From Botryllus schlosseri (taxonomy: Eukaryota), in contig CM119373.1 in assembly GCA_051294905.1 (NCBI GenBank), forward strand, positions 34,224,001-34,288,000: a stretch of 64,000 nt of DNA, in the 5' to 3' direction. Below the pieces are notes generated by a model. That model was not told the origin of the DNA. It did no database searches and saw only the letters and a program-made list of their open reading frames with translations. Position numbers and translations under genes: made by a program. How positions within the stretch are numbered: position 1 is the stretch's first letter; every line of letters begins with the position of its first letter. Below, piece by piece: positions 13,278-27,790 of this stretch.

Positions 13278-14269
13278 GGCAGTGGTAAATTAAACCCACA
13301 ATTACAATTTCCGACAGTGATGTCATGGTACAAACAACTTACGCTTCATCGAACACATTTATCCCGGTTTTATGTACTCCGTAGTCATCCAAGCCGTCAA
13401 AGGCAATCTAAGTCCTCTTTAAGGCAATATGCTTTAAAACCCATAGAATTCATATGAAATTCCACGGTGTCCTGTCAAGTGTATCAAAGCAATAATCACA
13501 CCCTACTTGCGGTCCATCTGTCAAAATTATACCGGATTCGCTTAGATCCGAGTCGATGAAGCAAGGAACTGTGTGAGATGTTCTTGGTGGAGCGTGAGGC
13601 GTGGTTAATACAGCAACTGAAGCTTGCATAAACCATGCCGAATTCAAATTGAGCTCTGGCATCACCGTTGATACCGAACGACAAGACAAAAATATGGCAT
13701 GTGGTGTATCCATGTATGGGTAAATTTATCGGTAACTAACTATTCTTCACCATGGAATAGCAGATCGATACGATGATTAGTCAGTAACAATCTTCCAAAT
13801 GAAGTGGCGTTAGCGCTGCACTATAAGCCAATTTTGGATAAAAGATGTGGACTAAATTCGGTACACTTATGTTTGCTCAAGAACTAATTGTTGTGTGTTA
13901 TATTTTGGTGGATAAAAACTGTTTAGTTAGCAGCGACATTTCGGTACCACATCGTCAAGATACCGAGAACCCCCTAATATTGCAATATTTGATCAGGAAA
14001 TGAAATCGCTCTCAGTATAGTTTTTAGTATTTTACATCGATGGGAGCTGGCATGTGGTGCAAATACGCCTGTTTATCGAGAATCGATAAAACGTATTTCC
14101 AAACTCATGACGCAATATTTCCATGACAAAAAAACATTTATCGCGAGGGATTGTGTGATCAAACAAATGTCTGTTAGAGGTACTATTACATCACTTCGGT
14201 TGATCTGCCTTGTAGTGTTTTCGTAATCTAGGCGTCTTCCGATCATTTTAAATTTAATTGATCAGTATC

Positions 14270-14530
14270 AGGGCCAGTTTAGTAAACATTTTATCATTCC
14301 ATAACACTACATGACTTCGATACCATGTTACATATAGGAAGGTATCGAAACGACTTGGAATAGTCTTTGAAATCGGACACCCACCTTGGCTTCGGCGATG
14401 CAGATAGGAGGCATACACACGGGAGGGAAGTAGAACAGCTAACAACTATTCTGATGAATATGAATGCATGATGCATGTGAGATATGTCAGATTGCGGTCC
14501 GGTAATCTGGAGGGTTGAATAGTATTCAAT
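14270..14530 (-). mobile_element. LINE 3' UTR fragment (further copies: 26880-27030 +, 46385-46530 -, 55870-55940 -)
   Basis: Shared ACTGCGATACAATGAAAAGATAGGAAGGTGTCGAAACGA..GACACCCACCTTGGC and GGTCCGGTAATC motifs. Confidence 0.8.
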
Positions 14531-17500
14531 GCTCTTTCCAATTCTAGTAGTTACTGACGATTACACGCGAAAATATTCCGGTCTATTTCAATATGAATAC
14601 ATTTTTCAATTGTACCTCCGAGAGTCTTTTACATTTAACTATATTATCAGTACTACAAAAAACGAGATAAGTTGTGGCGGATACCGCAGACACCGCGATG
14701 CTTTTAAAGGAACTCCTTGAAATACCAACGCAGTGACTCAATCAACGGCAAAGCTATCAATTGGTTTACACGAAAACAAACCTGTACCCACGACCCACCC
14801 ACTTACCTCACAGACATCTGCGTCTCGCTATTACATTTAGTAGTCATTAAAACTAGTTTGGAAAGTAAGCCATCATTGGCAAAACCATGAAACCCAAATC
14901 CCCGCGAAGAAATCGGTCGTGCGCGTCAGGAAAACTACGTGAGGATCTTACGTCACGATTTGTTTGATACGATACGCGGGCGGTGACCCTTGCTACGACC
15001 CGGTCGAGCAGTCAGCGTAACTAAAACAGTCTTTCATCAGCGGTATGAGACAGCCGTACGATGTGTATACTTTTACGAGGTCAAACTATGGTGGTTCTAA
15101 TTTTAGATTCGCGAAGATACAGCTAGAGATATACGCAAACTCTGGGGGCAACTCAGGAAAAGTGATTGAATGAGAAAATAGACATCGGTAGGTGGCCAGT
15201 AAGTCATTCAACATTGCTAGTCAAGTAGAAGTAGATGCAACGACTCAAATTTCAGCCTACATATAGCGATTTCCAATTGGTTAAACAAGTATTCAATGCC
15301 TAGTTTTTGTCCAAAATAATTCCCAATATATATCAAAACTACTTCAAGTGGAGGTCGAAGATGAAAGATCTGAAAAGTGCTCAAGTAAATAGTTTCGAAA
15401 TCTATAGAAATGGTCGAGGGGCCGCATAATTTTCGATGTTAATCTGAGAAGGCTACTTGTTAGATTTAAGTACGAATGACACTACGAATAGGTACAGTAT
15501 TCGAGAACATGTTCGGTTACTATGATACGGAGGTCATCTAACGCGCGGTTTGTATGGCATTTTCGCTCACAAAAGTGATACAAACTCATCGCTTAAGTTC
15601 TTTGTACCCAAATCTTAAAAAGTAAGTTATTTTTCCAAAAGAACTGCCAGATAGAAATGGAAGTTATCAAAATGATATCCACGTGTGTAAGTATAGGAAG
15701 TATAAAGTTATAACCGACTTGATTAGTCCCAAACAGCAGGCGTAATTCGTTACTGACCATGATCAGTTTGATCACCTATGCTAGAAAGCCAATACGGCAT
15801 GAGTTACGACGGTGTGACTATAATACTGTCGTGTGAAACCGGTAGCATAAAGTGAGGTTTTAACATTCCACATTTATCGCACACACAGGAACCATTTAGG
15901 TAATATTTAGTTAACACATCATTTAAGTTACTGGTATCCATCATACATCACAACGCGTACCAAAACAGTCGCCAAGCAGCTGTTTCTGGCATACATCCTG
16001 AAACGGGGCAGCTTTAAAGAGCCAGTTCTTTCCCCTCATAATCTCAATAGCGCTCTCACATAAGGCGTGTAAGCAAAGGTCGCCTTTTTGTTTGTGACCA
16101 AAACTCGATTGGTGTCGCGAGTGGCGATACGGGTTGCCACGCAGATAAAGTATCTTGGCCCAATGTTATGAGTAAGAGTGATAGCGGGCTAGATAAAGTC
16201 GTGAGAAAGTTCGCGATTCATTCAGTGCTATTGAAGTGTCGGCTTATGGCTGGTTAGTGGTTACGCATACTTGATGCGTACCACTGGTTTACGGTATTAC
16301 AGTCAGCACTTCGGCTGTCCTTTTAGTGATGCATAGCTAAAGAGCTTCTTGGAGGTACAGAACTTCAATATACATTTGAATAACATATTCATATTGAATA
16401 TATAATTCAATTGATTCATAGCTATGATATACCATATTGGACTATGAAGAAGAGTAAACAAGGAGCTAGTGGTCGCGATCACTTTTCAGATGGCGCAAAA
16501 TCTATTTGAGAATTACAAAAAAGCAAAAGTACTTCGTTATTGAACACCTCTGATGGTTAACCACGCCATGTGGCGATATCATGGATAAGAATGGACGTAT
16601 ATATAGACGGCATATCATTAACACCTGCTGTTTGTTAGACGAAGCATATACATAATGCATAATGCAAAATCCTGCCAGAATCGACCCGTTTGATTTGGCG
16701 GTAATGAAGTCACATGCTCTGCACGATGTAGTAACTCACGCATACTGATGCATACAAAGGTTTTATTCAGATTCACGCGAGCTTCCTCCAATCACATAGT
16801 TTCAAAAGACACATTCACATCGGACCACACTACGTTATAGGGCGTTATAGATTTTTACACGCTTTAAAGGTGTGGTATGTAATGACAGGATGTAAGAAGG
16901 TTGTGGAAGGTTATTTAGGCGTCATGGATACGAACACGAATAAATATACGGTACATGATCTTAAGGTCTAAACATAGCCCTTCAACCAAGTCGTCTTTAT
17001 TAGGTTCAAAGGCCACGGTCTGAAAAAGGATACTGTGCCCATCTCCTTGAACTATGTGAATTATTTTTACTCACAACACCAAGTGAAAAGGCAAGCGTAA
17101 TTCTATATATGTACTTCATGCTGGAGAAATACAGACCTTTCATTATAGTGAAATTGACACCGCGGTAAAGTAACATGTTTCTAAAACGCTGTCGCAAACA
17201 AATTACGAAGTTCAAATAAGTTTAGATATTGTGTTAGACAAGTTTTGTCAAAACATGCTCCGTCTTAATTTAATGTTCGGATGAACGATCTACCTACGCG
17301 CGACCAGTCTGGTTTGAGATCAATCTTCGGTACTAATATTTATACGGAGAAGCATGTAATAGGTTTTTAACAGCAAGCAAGTACAATATCAATGAAGATC
17401 GTGTATTTCACCGATTTCCGCCATTGCTTGGTGTGCAAATCAAATCAACTGACACTATTCACGGGGAAATCGATTTTCACCCTATCGTAGGTCAGGTAAA

Positions 17501-17924
17501 CAGTACTTTCACGTACCGAATTCTGCTTTCACGCCGTTACATTGGGTCAAAATGAGTCAAATACACACTCTCTTATTGAGAAATAAGCCAGGGTAGTATA
17601 GTGACTTGAAGTGTACCACCTTTTGGGGGGTTATTGGTGCGGTGCACGAAATCGCAATCCACTACACCCATGGGAGATATCTCCATAAAGATTGGTATGC
17701 GACATATTTTCACCCATTGGAATGGGTGTGCACTGTACCAGCACAATTTGATGCCTAAAAGTTACGTTTACTTCTTTACACCCCACGCTACGATGGAAAT
17801 CTCATAAATACATTCATTGTACGCCCGTGGATTTACAGTGAATGAAATGTTATCCGTCACATGTATATTTAAGCTTCGCTACATGGTTAACTGCCAGGGC
17901 GTGCCATATAGATTTGATCTATCC

Positions 17925-18222
17925 AGATAATACTACCAGTGTATCATAAGAAATACATCTGGATTTCATCCAACAATTCATTTTGATGCAGAGGGTGACT
18001 CCATTGCACGATTGTATACGTTAAAACATTGTAGCCGTGTATCAACGTGGCACATTCCTAGCGAAAATAGGTATGAATTCCCAATTTTTGCGCTACGCGT
18101 ATACTATAGCGTACCATGAGAAATACATCGTACTTTCATCGACAAAATCCTACATTCCTAAATCATAGGGAGCTCCAGTGCGCGATTAAGTGAAAAACAT
18201 TGTAGCCGTGGATCAACGTGGT
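17925..18222. repeat. Degenerate tandem duplication, period ~171 bp
   Basis: AAAACATTGTAGCCGTG(T/G)ATCAACGTGG and AGAAATACATC..TTTCATC each occur twice, 171 bp apart. Confidence 0.75.
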
Positions 18223-19403
18223 GGAATTGTTCTGTAGAAGAGTGATGGATCAAGGCCCGACCAAACAGCGGGCAGTTTACTCATTGATTATGAATGGCAT
18301 CCGATCAAATGGATCTTAAACGTCATCAACTTTCGCGCCATTTCGAAACCTTTCACTGTTCCAAATTGAATAGGCGGAGAAAGCAATGAATTCGTGGCTA
18401 TTGAATAGCAATTCAATGAGCCATTTTTCATCGCGCATAATATCAGTCCGCAAGTCTTTGTTACTCGCAACTATACGCTGGTCGATAAATGTGTGGTGAT
18501 AGCCGGAAAATAAATATAAGGTCAATTCAATTTGGCTTTTAACTCAATTGCGAGCTAGACCTGCAAACAATCGCTTCCCAACGGTAGAAATAGGAAATCG
18601 CGCCTGGTCGCGACGGATAACTATATTGTCATGTCGGTGACGTATCAATAATTCAGTTTGGAACACCAAAGTAACGTGTTTCGCCATCTATCAGCATTGT
18701 CTGTATTGAAAGTCGGGCGCAGCTATTCAAATATGGCAACAAGTCAGTAAAAGGTGTCTGCTGACTGTTGTGCGCCGCAAAGACACTCAAATGCATATAT
18801 CTTTACAACCGACTCAGAATTATATCGTGAATACACCTTTCCTATGTGCGTGCATAATTAGGATTAAAATGTTGTACTCGATTTATACCGCGGTATTAGT
18901 CTGAGGTATAGGTGTTCAGGTTTCGTGTGTCAGGAATGTATATTCACACCCGTATATCAGGGGTGGTACACGCGTGGAAATGCACGCTCTTTCAGCTCAG
19001 AGTGTAATGTAAATTACAAGCCTGCAGGTATTGTACCGAACTGTTCAAAATGTCCTACAGCTCGATCAGTTGTGTGTGAGAGCTAAGAAGACTTTATTTT
19101 TCGACAGTACTTAGCTACATTTGACAGTATAATAGAGGCTCGCAACAAGCAAAAGTCGGATTTCTTTCAAAAGAATACCGAACAACCAAAATCAAGTAGT
19201 GGGTTTCAACAAGACTGGGCCTGGCAGTCAATAGAACAATATATAACGCGCCCAATATCAAAACGGCAGCATTAAATAAAGTTTCCAAGTTCGACTTTGC
19301 GTTTTATTTATTTGTCGGAATTATAGTTTGGGTTATTATGAATTTTAAAGGTTAACCGGTCCGTAGATTTGTTTTTGAAATTTTGCAACACTTGGACAAC
19401 ACT

Positions 19404-19836
19404 TGGGTCACCACTCACCATACGTCCTCTTTTAAGAGGATTTGTCCTCTTTTTTGACTTTTTGAAAGTGTCCTCGGAGGACGCCCAAATGTCCTATTTT
19501 TAGAAATTTTGTGCGCTTTTTTGAGAGATTGGTATAAATATAGGGTAAAATTGGATCGAGATACAGTAAATCAGCACTTAAGTAACGCTCCGGCGTCAAT
19601 TTCGGAAGCGGGGCCGGAAAGATGACTTTGTTTAGTCAACCAACGGATAATGTGAAAGAAAAACTGTATTTCGGTAGTTGAGCCGAGAAGTGGACCTTTT
19701 TTTCTTTATTTTATTTAGTCAACCGGCCACGAAGTCGGAAAAATTTACCAAATTTTCAGGATTTTTCTATTGTCTGACAAGTCTGACAATTTTTAAAAGT
19801 GTCCTCTTTTCAGATCTCCAAACTATGTTAACCCTA
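19404..19836. mobile_element. hAT-superfamily MITE (family D, copy 2)
   Basis: Shares CCATACGTCCTCTTTTAAGAGGATTTGTCCTCT and the right end with 3904-4249; left TIR disturbed. Confidence 0.85.
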
Positions 19837-20929
19837 GACAGCACCTACTTTAGTACGTTTAGAATACTGCGGAGGCACAAATCCCATGACACTCAACAAT
19901 CAACTTTTTAATTTGAATATTATGACGCTCGGCAAGCAGTCTAGTTAAGAATCCAGTCAATTCACAAACTCCTAATCCTTTGAAAGACAACAGACTCGCC
20001 CCGCCTACTACATAATTCAGCACGCTCACATGGGCTCTATTGGATTCAACATCGCCGTTTCTAAGCAACATACAGTCACTCGGAAACAAGAAGACCAATT
20101 TGAAGATAAGTTATCTCGGTAAATTATATGGCAAGGTACAACGAGCGCGGTTAATCGACACAAATAGCGTGAATCGTTAATGAAAATCGAGAATTTAACG
20201 GCGGGAGTTTACGCCGGCGCATTTCCTTGTCTTAAAAACTTTTGGCTGCGCTTGCCGCTTGGATTCTGTGAACCGCATATGCGATATTGATATATTTATT
20301 TACTGCGCAAACTGACAGTTTATTGCTAACTGTGCGGGGATTAACGTTTGCCATTTTTGAATCGATAAGCTCCTCAAACATTACACAACCAGTGATGTAT
20401 CGGGATACGATATCCTAATTTGGCACGGCCACTCTGTAATATCACCGCCATCACGAAACGTACATTGGATGTATAGTTGCTGAAAAAACACGCGCTATCA
20501 CACAAACGGTTTTTATGACGCCACGTGTAGTGGGCATACGGTCAATAAACCCTTACATCATATTTGTGCGGGCACGTATACGAATTGGTACACTATCGTG
20601 GTATGATAGGGATGCAAATAACAGGACCTCGAGCTCCGCTGACCTATTCCGCGGCGCGGATGCAGATATCATATCACGACATCGCGAGACATAGACATAC
20701 ATCACGACTTGATGTATATCTACACAAGGACCGCGTGAGTCACGTACCGATTGCAGTTCATGTGTAAGGTATAATGTCGCTTTGTGCAAGCAGCACAGTA
20801 ATTCAATGAAGCCGGATTTGGTCAATGTAGTCATCGTTAGCACCCAAGTTATAAGTGGTAGTAACACATTCAATTTTGCTCACGTGCAAGTATAAGTAGC
20901 GATTTCGCTATATGTATTCTACACCTTGT

Positions 20930-21010
20930 TTCTTGGAGGCACAGAACTTCCCGAATATTTTCGGCTGACACTCGTCAGGTGTAATTGTCAACAACTAGTA
21001 TAGAATTGGC
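20930..21010 (-). ncRNA. Candidate minimal type-I hammerhead ribozyme in a family B arm (best-preserved core)
   Basis: Minus strand 20982->20948 reads ACAC-CUGACGA-GUGUCAGCC-GAAAAUAUUC-GGGA. All core nucleotides present; helix I has mismatches versus the family consensus ACCC/GGGU. Activity untested. Confidence 0.55.
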
Positions 21011-22359
21011 AAAAACAATGCATATCAATAACTTTGAGTGCTTCGAAAAAGTTGACTTAGTCGTTTATGACCACCTCTGAATCTGGGCAAAGGGGGAATT
21101 CAACCCATTTTCATTGTAGGCTACGAATGTATTGTGTATTTCAGAACGAAGAAAGTTCTGATGTCGGTCGCTGACTATCGTCACGATTAATGACGCTTCA
21201 CAACCAGAATACACTTCCATACGACATGCGACTGTGTATTTTCGTCTCAAGCATGATGAAATGACCGATCGAAATTCAATTTTATTCGTCAAAAACGCAC
21301 TTGTACAATGTACATCTTCTGATGCACCGCCGTATATAGCCAACCCATATATTAACATAGTATGACAATGATAACATTTGCCGCTGTCATACCGACGCGG
21401 ACACGCTGTTACAGGAAATATCATGAAACACCCGCTGTAAGACTGTAAGATGCGAAGAGGTGGTCAGTAACGAAACCAGAACGTACCTCAGACTTACACC
21501 ACGGCATAAATCGAACACAACATTTTTATCCAAATGATGCTTGCATGTAGGATTTATAACCGCAATATAATTCTGATTTGGGTTATGTTCCGTGTACACG
21601 GTGTACACTCTTTTCGCCAAAAGCCATTTTTGCACTACTGCACCATCGATGGGCGAACCGATATGACCGGGGTGTGACTTCGTCAAGTCCGTCGTGAATG
21701 CCGTTGTCAGTGAAGCGCGCGAAATCGACCTAGTAACAAGTCACGAGCGTTACCGCGCAAAAGGATTGTGCCTTCGTTAAATATTGCCTCACGACAGACA
21801 TGCCTGGCGGCCTCCGCCAAACATTAAACCGTATTTGACAAACAGAAACATTGACACAAGAGGTGAAGTCATCGCTTTGCATAACGACCGGCCGGCGGTG
21901 CGTCGAGAAACGGTTGCCATCTCTTAAGACTGAGTACATATTAACTCCTCCGTGCCACAGCGAGAAAGTTAATTACGGATTAACTCTTCCGCGGTAAAAA
22001 CAAGTGGCAGTCTGGGAAAACCGCGTAAAACCGCCTAATTTTGCGATTACGGCTAGTAATTAGTGCGGTGCCGCGACATAACAATATAATCAAATCAAGA
22101 TCAAGGGACAGCAACAAACCACCGGTGACTGCGCGTTGTAATGGACATTAAGGGAAGCTAGACGAATGGGGCCGCACACAAAATTAAACATGACGTAATT
22201 CCACCATGCAGAAGGTGTAAGTTGATGTCGTGTTCTTGATATTTACTAATCGTAACGCTTACAAGAGATGGCTCAATTTTTCACCCAATAATGACTGACT
22301 AATTCATTCACAGTAATCATTGGCAAAATTCATATCGCATAGCGTGATAGCATAGAGCT

Positions 22360-22383
22360 TGAATCTGAATCTGAATCTGAATC
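22360..22383. repeat. (TGAATC)4 microsatellite
   Basis: Four exact units. Confidence 0.9.
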
Positions 22384-25300
22384 GACAGGTGAGAAAATGT
22401 ATTTCCGAGTACAGAAATAATACGTTCCTTGCCACTATATGAGTTAATTTAACAACGTGAATTATAGTTTTCATACTATTTTTCAGTGTGCTGTAAACCT
22501 CGATTGGTCGCATCGCAGCATACGAAACATGTATAGTACAGAGCTTCGTACGTTAAAGGAACTGACATATCTTTGAAGACGTGATCAACCGACAGCATGC
22601 TCAATAAGTTCAATGCAACGTAAGATGGAGAAATATCACATAATGTTTAGTGCGATGTAGACCTGGCCTTATATTCGTTGCGGTCGCATAGAAGGTGCAC
22701 AAATCAGCTTATTCCCACCTCATTCATACTGTTACAATCATGAGTGATGATCTAGTATTCGATCCGACTAAATGCCTTACGCTCGATTCAGAATCAAATA
22801 ACTCAGTTACTCAGGTGCTGGATTTTCTCCAACCCTATTCGTGACTCTATTGGTCAGGTGCCAATTTGAATCATATATCAGATCCGAGTCGTGATAATAG
22901 AAAAGGAGCAAGGAAGGCGAGAAGAAAAGATAATGATGTAAGACACATAAAGTGCAGTAAGCCTTTCGGCTATTAACAGCCAATTCAAGGATGTACAATT
23001 GTACATTGTACAATGTATACAATACATGCATATGCCGCCGCGCCTGTGATGACTGACACAAGAAACAATTTTAATCAGCGCATATCTTCATCCAATATGG
23101 ATCCTTCCTACGTGAGACATCCGATGATTACAAATGCAGAAACAGACGTTTGTCGCGTGCATGTTAGCTATGTGATGATATACCAGAACAGTGGAGGCGG
23201 TATACGTCGGTGTTCAATGGCGTACGCAGCGGGATCGGGGATCGAACTCTAAACCCCAACCTTCTGAAATGTTAATCCTATATCTAATATATATATATAA
23301 GAGCTAATTTGATATTAAGCAATTGGTATCGCGCTGTTGCGTTTCGACCGAAGAATACGACGATATACTTTCCACTATGTGAAGACTCGCTTTTCTGGAC
23401 TGATATCTAAAAAGGAACAGCAATTTCCAATAGATAATCATTATAATGTTTTCGTTTTTTCGTGAGAATCATATTTCAATGGCTTTGTTCTTTTGAAACT
23501 CGGTTGATGCGCAGTTCATTTTCTGCACCAGTAATATTTAATGATGTATTTGATGTGTAGTGGCATTGTGGTAGGTTTTTGTTTCTATAAGTCAACGGAA
23601 ATTTAGGGTTCCCGAAGACTCTCGTCGATTAGCGTAAGTGTTCCGCGGGATAGTAAAGTTTAAGAACAAGTGTACTAATTTAGGCGACGTATACGGATCG
23701 GAAATGCGCATGTATGGTATATCACATCGACTGAATGAATATGAAAATATAATACAATTTCAACATCGCCCACCGAAAGATATTAAAGTAGATATTAAAC
23801 TGTATGGATATTAAACAATATGAATAGTTTCGGGCAATAACTACACGTGGCCCTCCGGCTTAATTACTCGTAACGGTCGCGAAATTTCCATAAATATTGG
23901 ATATTTACCCATCATCATTAAGTCGCTGCCACTCAAACTAACACAATCACTTCAGGTGATAACGCTGAGTAGGTCGGAACTATCCCGTTTACCAAACATT
24001 GTTGAAATTCACATTTGCAGATCCGCGTTTTAAACAAGTCTCCGTTATCCGGAAGAGCAGTTTGCTCCGTCCCGAGTCAAATAAACTTGAAGGCGTAGCA
24101 ATGCGACTCCGTGAAAGCAGACATAATAAATGACAAGCATATCATTAAAATGACTTGTATGCTGGCTAGGTGTACAGATGCTTGTCTTGAATGCAGATAA
24201 TTCCAGTTTTCCAATTAGAGTAATTAGAGCGAAATGCTAGTAATCTAATTCTAATCCGATTTGTAAAATGCTTTCATGCTCTTCAAATTCTAATCTAATA
24301 TATGGTTTTGCAGAAAATGCTATAAGAACACTGTATTGTGCAAAACGAGCCCAGATTGGTGTACAGTACAATGTACATTGTACTTGCATTTGTCATTCTC
24401 ACGCTTATGAGAATAAACCATGCTTTAATATAAACTGAGTTTGTCTAAGTATAATGTAATTTGAAAATGCTAGCTGAACAAGCCTGCTTGTATTAACCTC
24501 CTAATTTTTAAATGATAAATTTGATGAATGATAAATGCTTTGGCTGCGAGTATAAAAGCACTAAATTGAGATTTTGACTGGACTTAGCGATTAAAATAAC
24601 GTTAGACTTCAATTCAATAATACTCTAATCATCCTCTTTTATGATCGATACGAGTCGTACAACCGGACATAGTCGTGGCGGTACGACGCCGTATAATTTG
24701 GCCATGCCCTTTGACCTATACTAACTATACACAGCGGCGCAAAGGAGCTAGTGTATAATTAATGTTACAGGCCGGTAAACGCAATAAATACGACTACATA
24801 TTATGATGTCTCACTACCTGTTATCATTGAAGTCGATTCGATGGTTCTTCAGTCAATAGATTTCAAACGTTCATCGCTAAGGCTCTATAATATTTGCGGA
24901 GATGCGTTTCCAGTAAAATAATATACATTTATAGGTAATATCATGGCGTTACTAGGTTATAGGCGAACATAAGTAGCGGGATATTAAACATATTTGGGAG
25001 TGGCGGCATAGCGATAACGGAGTTCATTGTTGCCATTGAGTTACGGGTCGCTTCCGGTAGGTTACATCTGAAAGAGCGGGTTAATTTATATCAGCTATGA
25101 TACCCATGCAGTGGGCACCGCCCATTTTCGAGTAAACCAGTAATACAACACGCGCTGGTGATATTTCAGCAGATTTGGTAACACCCAACTCCATAACATT
25201 GGTTACCAATGTTAGCGACTAACACTATACGCATATGTGTCATGCATTTAAAAATATATGATCCACTTATAATGTAAACTTTTGGATTATATTCAGATCG

Positions 25301-25530
25301 TAATTATTAAATGCGTCGTTTGATCCGGGCAACTTCTTTTTTACATTTCCTGAAATTATGTAAAATTGATTTTCGTAAATGGTATATCCATTTTCCTCCG
25401 CCATTTCCAGTGTAATATTACTTTGTTAGCATAAATATTCGAATATTTGCCGTATTTACACGTCTGTTTGTGTTTAACGCATATGTAATGACATGCAGCA
25501 CCACATAGTAAGTGGCGAGTGACTCCGAAG

Positions 25531-25574
25531 GCCTCAATGTCCCTTGATGTCCCTCGATGTCCCTCGATGTCTCC
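25531..25574. repeat. 10-bp tandem repeat (GATGTCCCTC)n
   Basis: About four units with substitutions. Confidence 0.8.
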
Positions 25575-26068
25575 AAGTATAAATTGCGATTTTGTTGTGT
25601 ATGTTTTGTCTTGTTTCCTTGGTGTGACGAATAAAGAAACCTATATCTAACCGATTTATTTACCCCGTTGGTACTTCGCATACTATTTGACCTCGTGCCC
25701 AAAATCCAAAGGTGTTTCTATATTTCACACACAAGTATAACTTGTCAACATATGCACAGTTAAATGAATTGTGCACTTTCGCTGTTTACAGCGATCCGGC
25801 TCTAGGCCGCGAGTGTTACAGTATGTCTGATCAGCCTTGCCGGTCCATTACTTATTACATGCCTATTTTACACATCCTATATTCTTGTATATTTGTACGT
25901 GTGACAACATTTAAAAATGCAGGGTGCTTCTTCAGCCACTGCGGTGCGGGGGCTCTCTTGCCAAGTTGGAATGACAATTACACTCAAAAAGGTGATGCGA
26001 ACATGCAACAAAACTACTTTTTACAAAATCAAATGTTTTGCCTGAAAACTGTTTAGCAGAATTCGATG

Positions 26069-27272
26069 TGGATTACAAATTTATCCACTTGAGTATACTC
26101 CCAAAAGTAGAAGTACTTCGTTACTGACTACCTCTGGTTATGAACAAGTATACCCGCATTAATGGAGGGTTTCATGCGCATATTGTGCCTAAATATCTCA
26201 CGTGAGCTTTGCAACTACACGCCCCGTATTTCCTCAATCGTTGTCACGAGTTACGACTGCAAAATGGAACAAAACCTTTCAGAACAGGCGATATAAGAAC
26301 CGGGCTTTTCTGGAGACAGCTGTCACGCTGACGAGGGCGGATATACGAATTCCAAAACGGTGACGTAATTCTTTTTAATAACAAGCCCGCTCTCGTATAT
26401 CCTATGCGCCATTCACGAGTTATTGCTTTTTCGTCGCTTACGAAAACAACACGCCCCGTCGTTACGTAACTGTACTTTGGCGAGCGAGCCGTTTTCATGA
26501 GCCGACTGAGCACACAGTCAAACATTACAAATCCCAATAATCCGGCCGCGTGACTTGGCCGAAATAGAGCAAAGCAAATATTGTTCCGGATGGCACACTA
26601 CGGGAGGAGAGCTTTCTTCTCTAACCGCAGGTAAAAAGGGTGAAGTATACTGCCACGTAGTCGTATTGAATTCTTTCGTGGTCGGTTAAACATTGGAATG
26701 AAACGAGAATTTATGCGGTTTGGATGCACATGCGATCACGAATATGAGGGGATCTTCCGATGAAAAGCAATAAATCATTGCGCTTCTATTATTAGAGATT
26801 CCTGCATCGGTTTCTTGGTACAACAAACATATAAGTTCGGACGCGGCTTGCGTGTTAGTTATCAGCAGTGTGCACCGTGCATGCCTCTTCTATGCATCGC
26901 CTAAGCCCAGGTGGTTGTCTGATTTCAAAGACTATCCCTAGTCACCCTATCCCTGGACACCTTCTCATCTTTCCATTGTATACAGTCTTGCAGTGTTTTG
27001 AAATATCGAAAATTATTAATATACTGATACTTAGCAGATGTGCTCACTGCTCAGCAACAATACACTACTACTTTTCGGACACTCAAGTATGGGTGTTGCT
27101 TACTTGCAGTACTTACCGAAGTAGTTGTAATTTAGACTACACTCCCATCTTTGTGAAGAGTTTTTAGGCGAAACTACTGACTTTTAAAACTTTGGATTTT
27201 TTAAAGTAAAATGTACGTAAAAGCTACGTTTACTTGAGTATAACAACGCTAACTATACTACGACCACCTCTG
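26069..27272. mobile_element. Two further family A fragments (26069-26136 and ~27035-27272); other fragments at ~9470, 10200-10283, 15200-15400, 16505, 21455, 29648-30180, 44080-44230, 48528-48620, 49285-49440, 51480-51890, 61030
   Basis: Recurring CAGAGGTGGTCAGTAA(C/T)GAAGTA end or its reverse complement, and TACTCAAGT/CTTCTACTT subterminal motifs. Confidence 0.7.
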
Positions 27273-27319
27273 GTTATCATATCCGAGTGTATTTACATTC
27301 AATTCCGGTTATTAGCGTC

Positions 27320-27790
27320 GAATCCGAATCTAGAACGCATTGATTCCAGCACTATTCGTTCGACGGTATAAGCGAATTAAATATGTCTATATTTGGCAAA
27401 AATTTCAAGTCCGTGCGTCCATTTTGAAGATGCGCCCATAAAAAATTATTGGATCACATTTGCGGTAGCTATTTCGGGTTTAGGCTTCGAATCCACATTT
27501 TGAACGCATTGATTTCGTCGTTATTAGTTCGATGGTGTGCGTGAATTGAATATACATTTGCCAAACATTTCAAGTCCGTGCATGCATTTTAAGGATGCGC
27601 CCATTAAAAAGATTATTGGATCACATTTGCGGTAGCAATCTCGAGTTTCGGCTTCGAATCCAAATTTTGAACGCATTGATTTCGTCGTTATTAGTTCGAT
27701 GGTATGCGTGAATTGAATATACATTTGACAATTTTTCTATTTCGGGCATACACAATAGATACGGGCCCATCAAAAATTATCGAGACAAAT
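27320..27790. repeat. ~168-bp tandem repeat, ~2.7 units
   Basis: GAACGCATTGATT recurs at 27333, 27502 and 27669; units 2 and 3 nearly identical. Confidence 0.92.

Noticed and set aside
13450-13713. 87-aa Cys-containing minus-strand ORF
   Set aside because: No recognisable domain, splice context or partner exons.
13828-20423. CArG boxes CCAATTTTGG (13828) and CCTAATTTGG (20414)
   Set aside because: Several are expected by chance in 64 kb; far from the gene and with no adjacent ETS site noticed.
23278-23310. TC..TATATATATAAGAG as a Helitron 5' end
   Set aside because: No matching 3' hairpin plus CTRR terminus and no second copy in the window.
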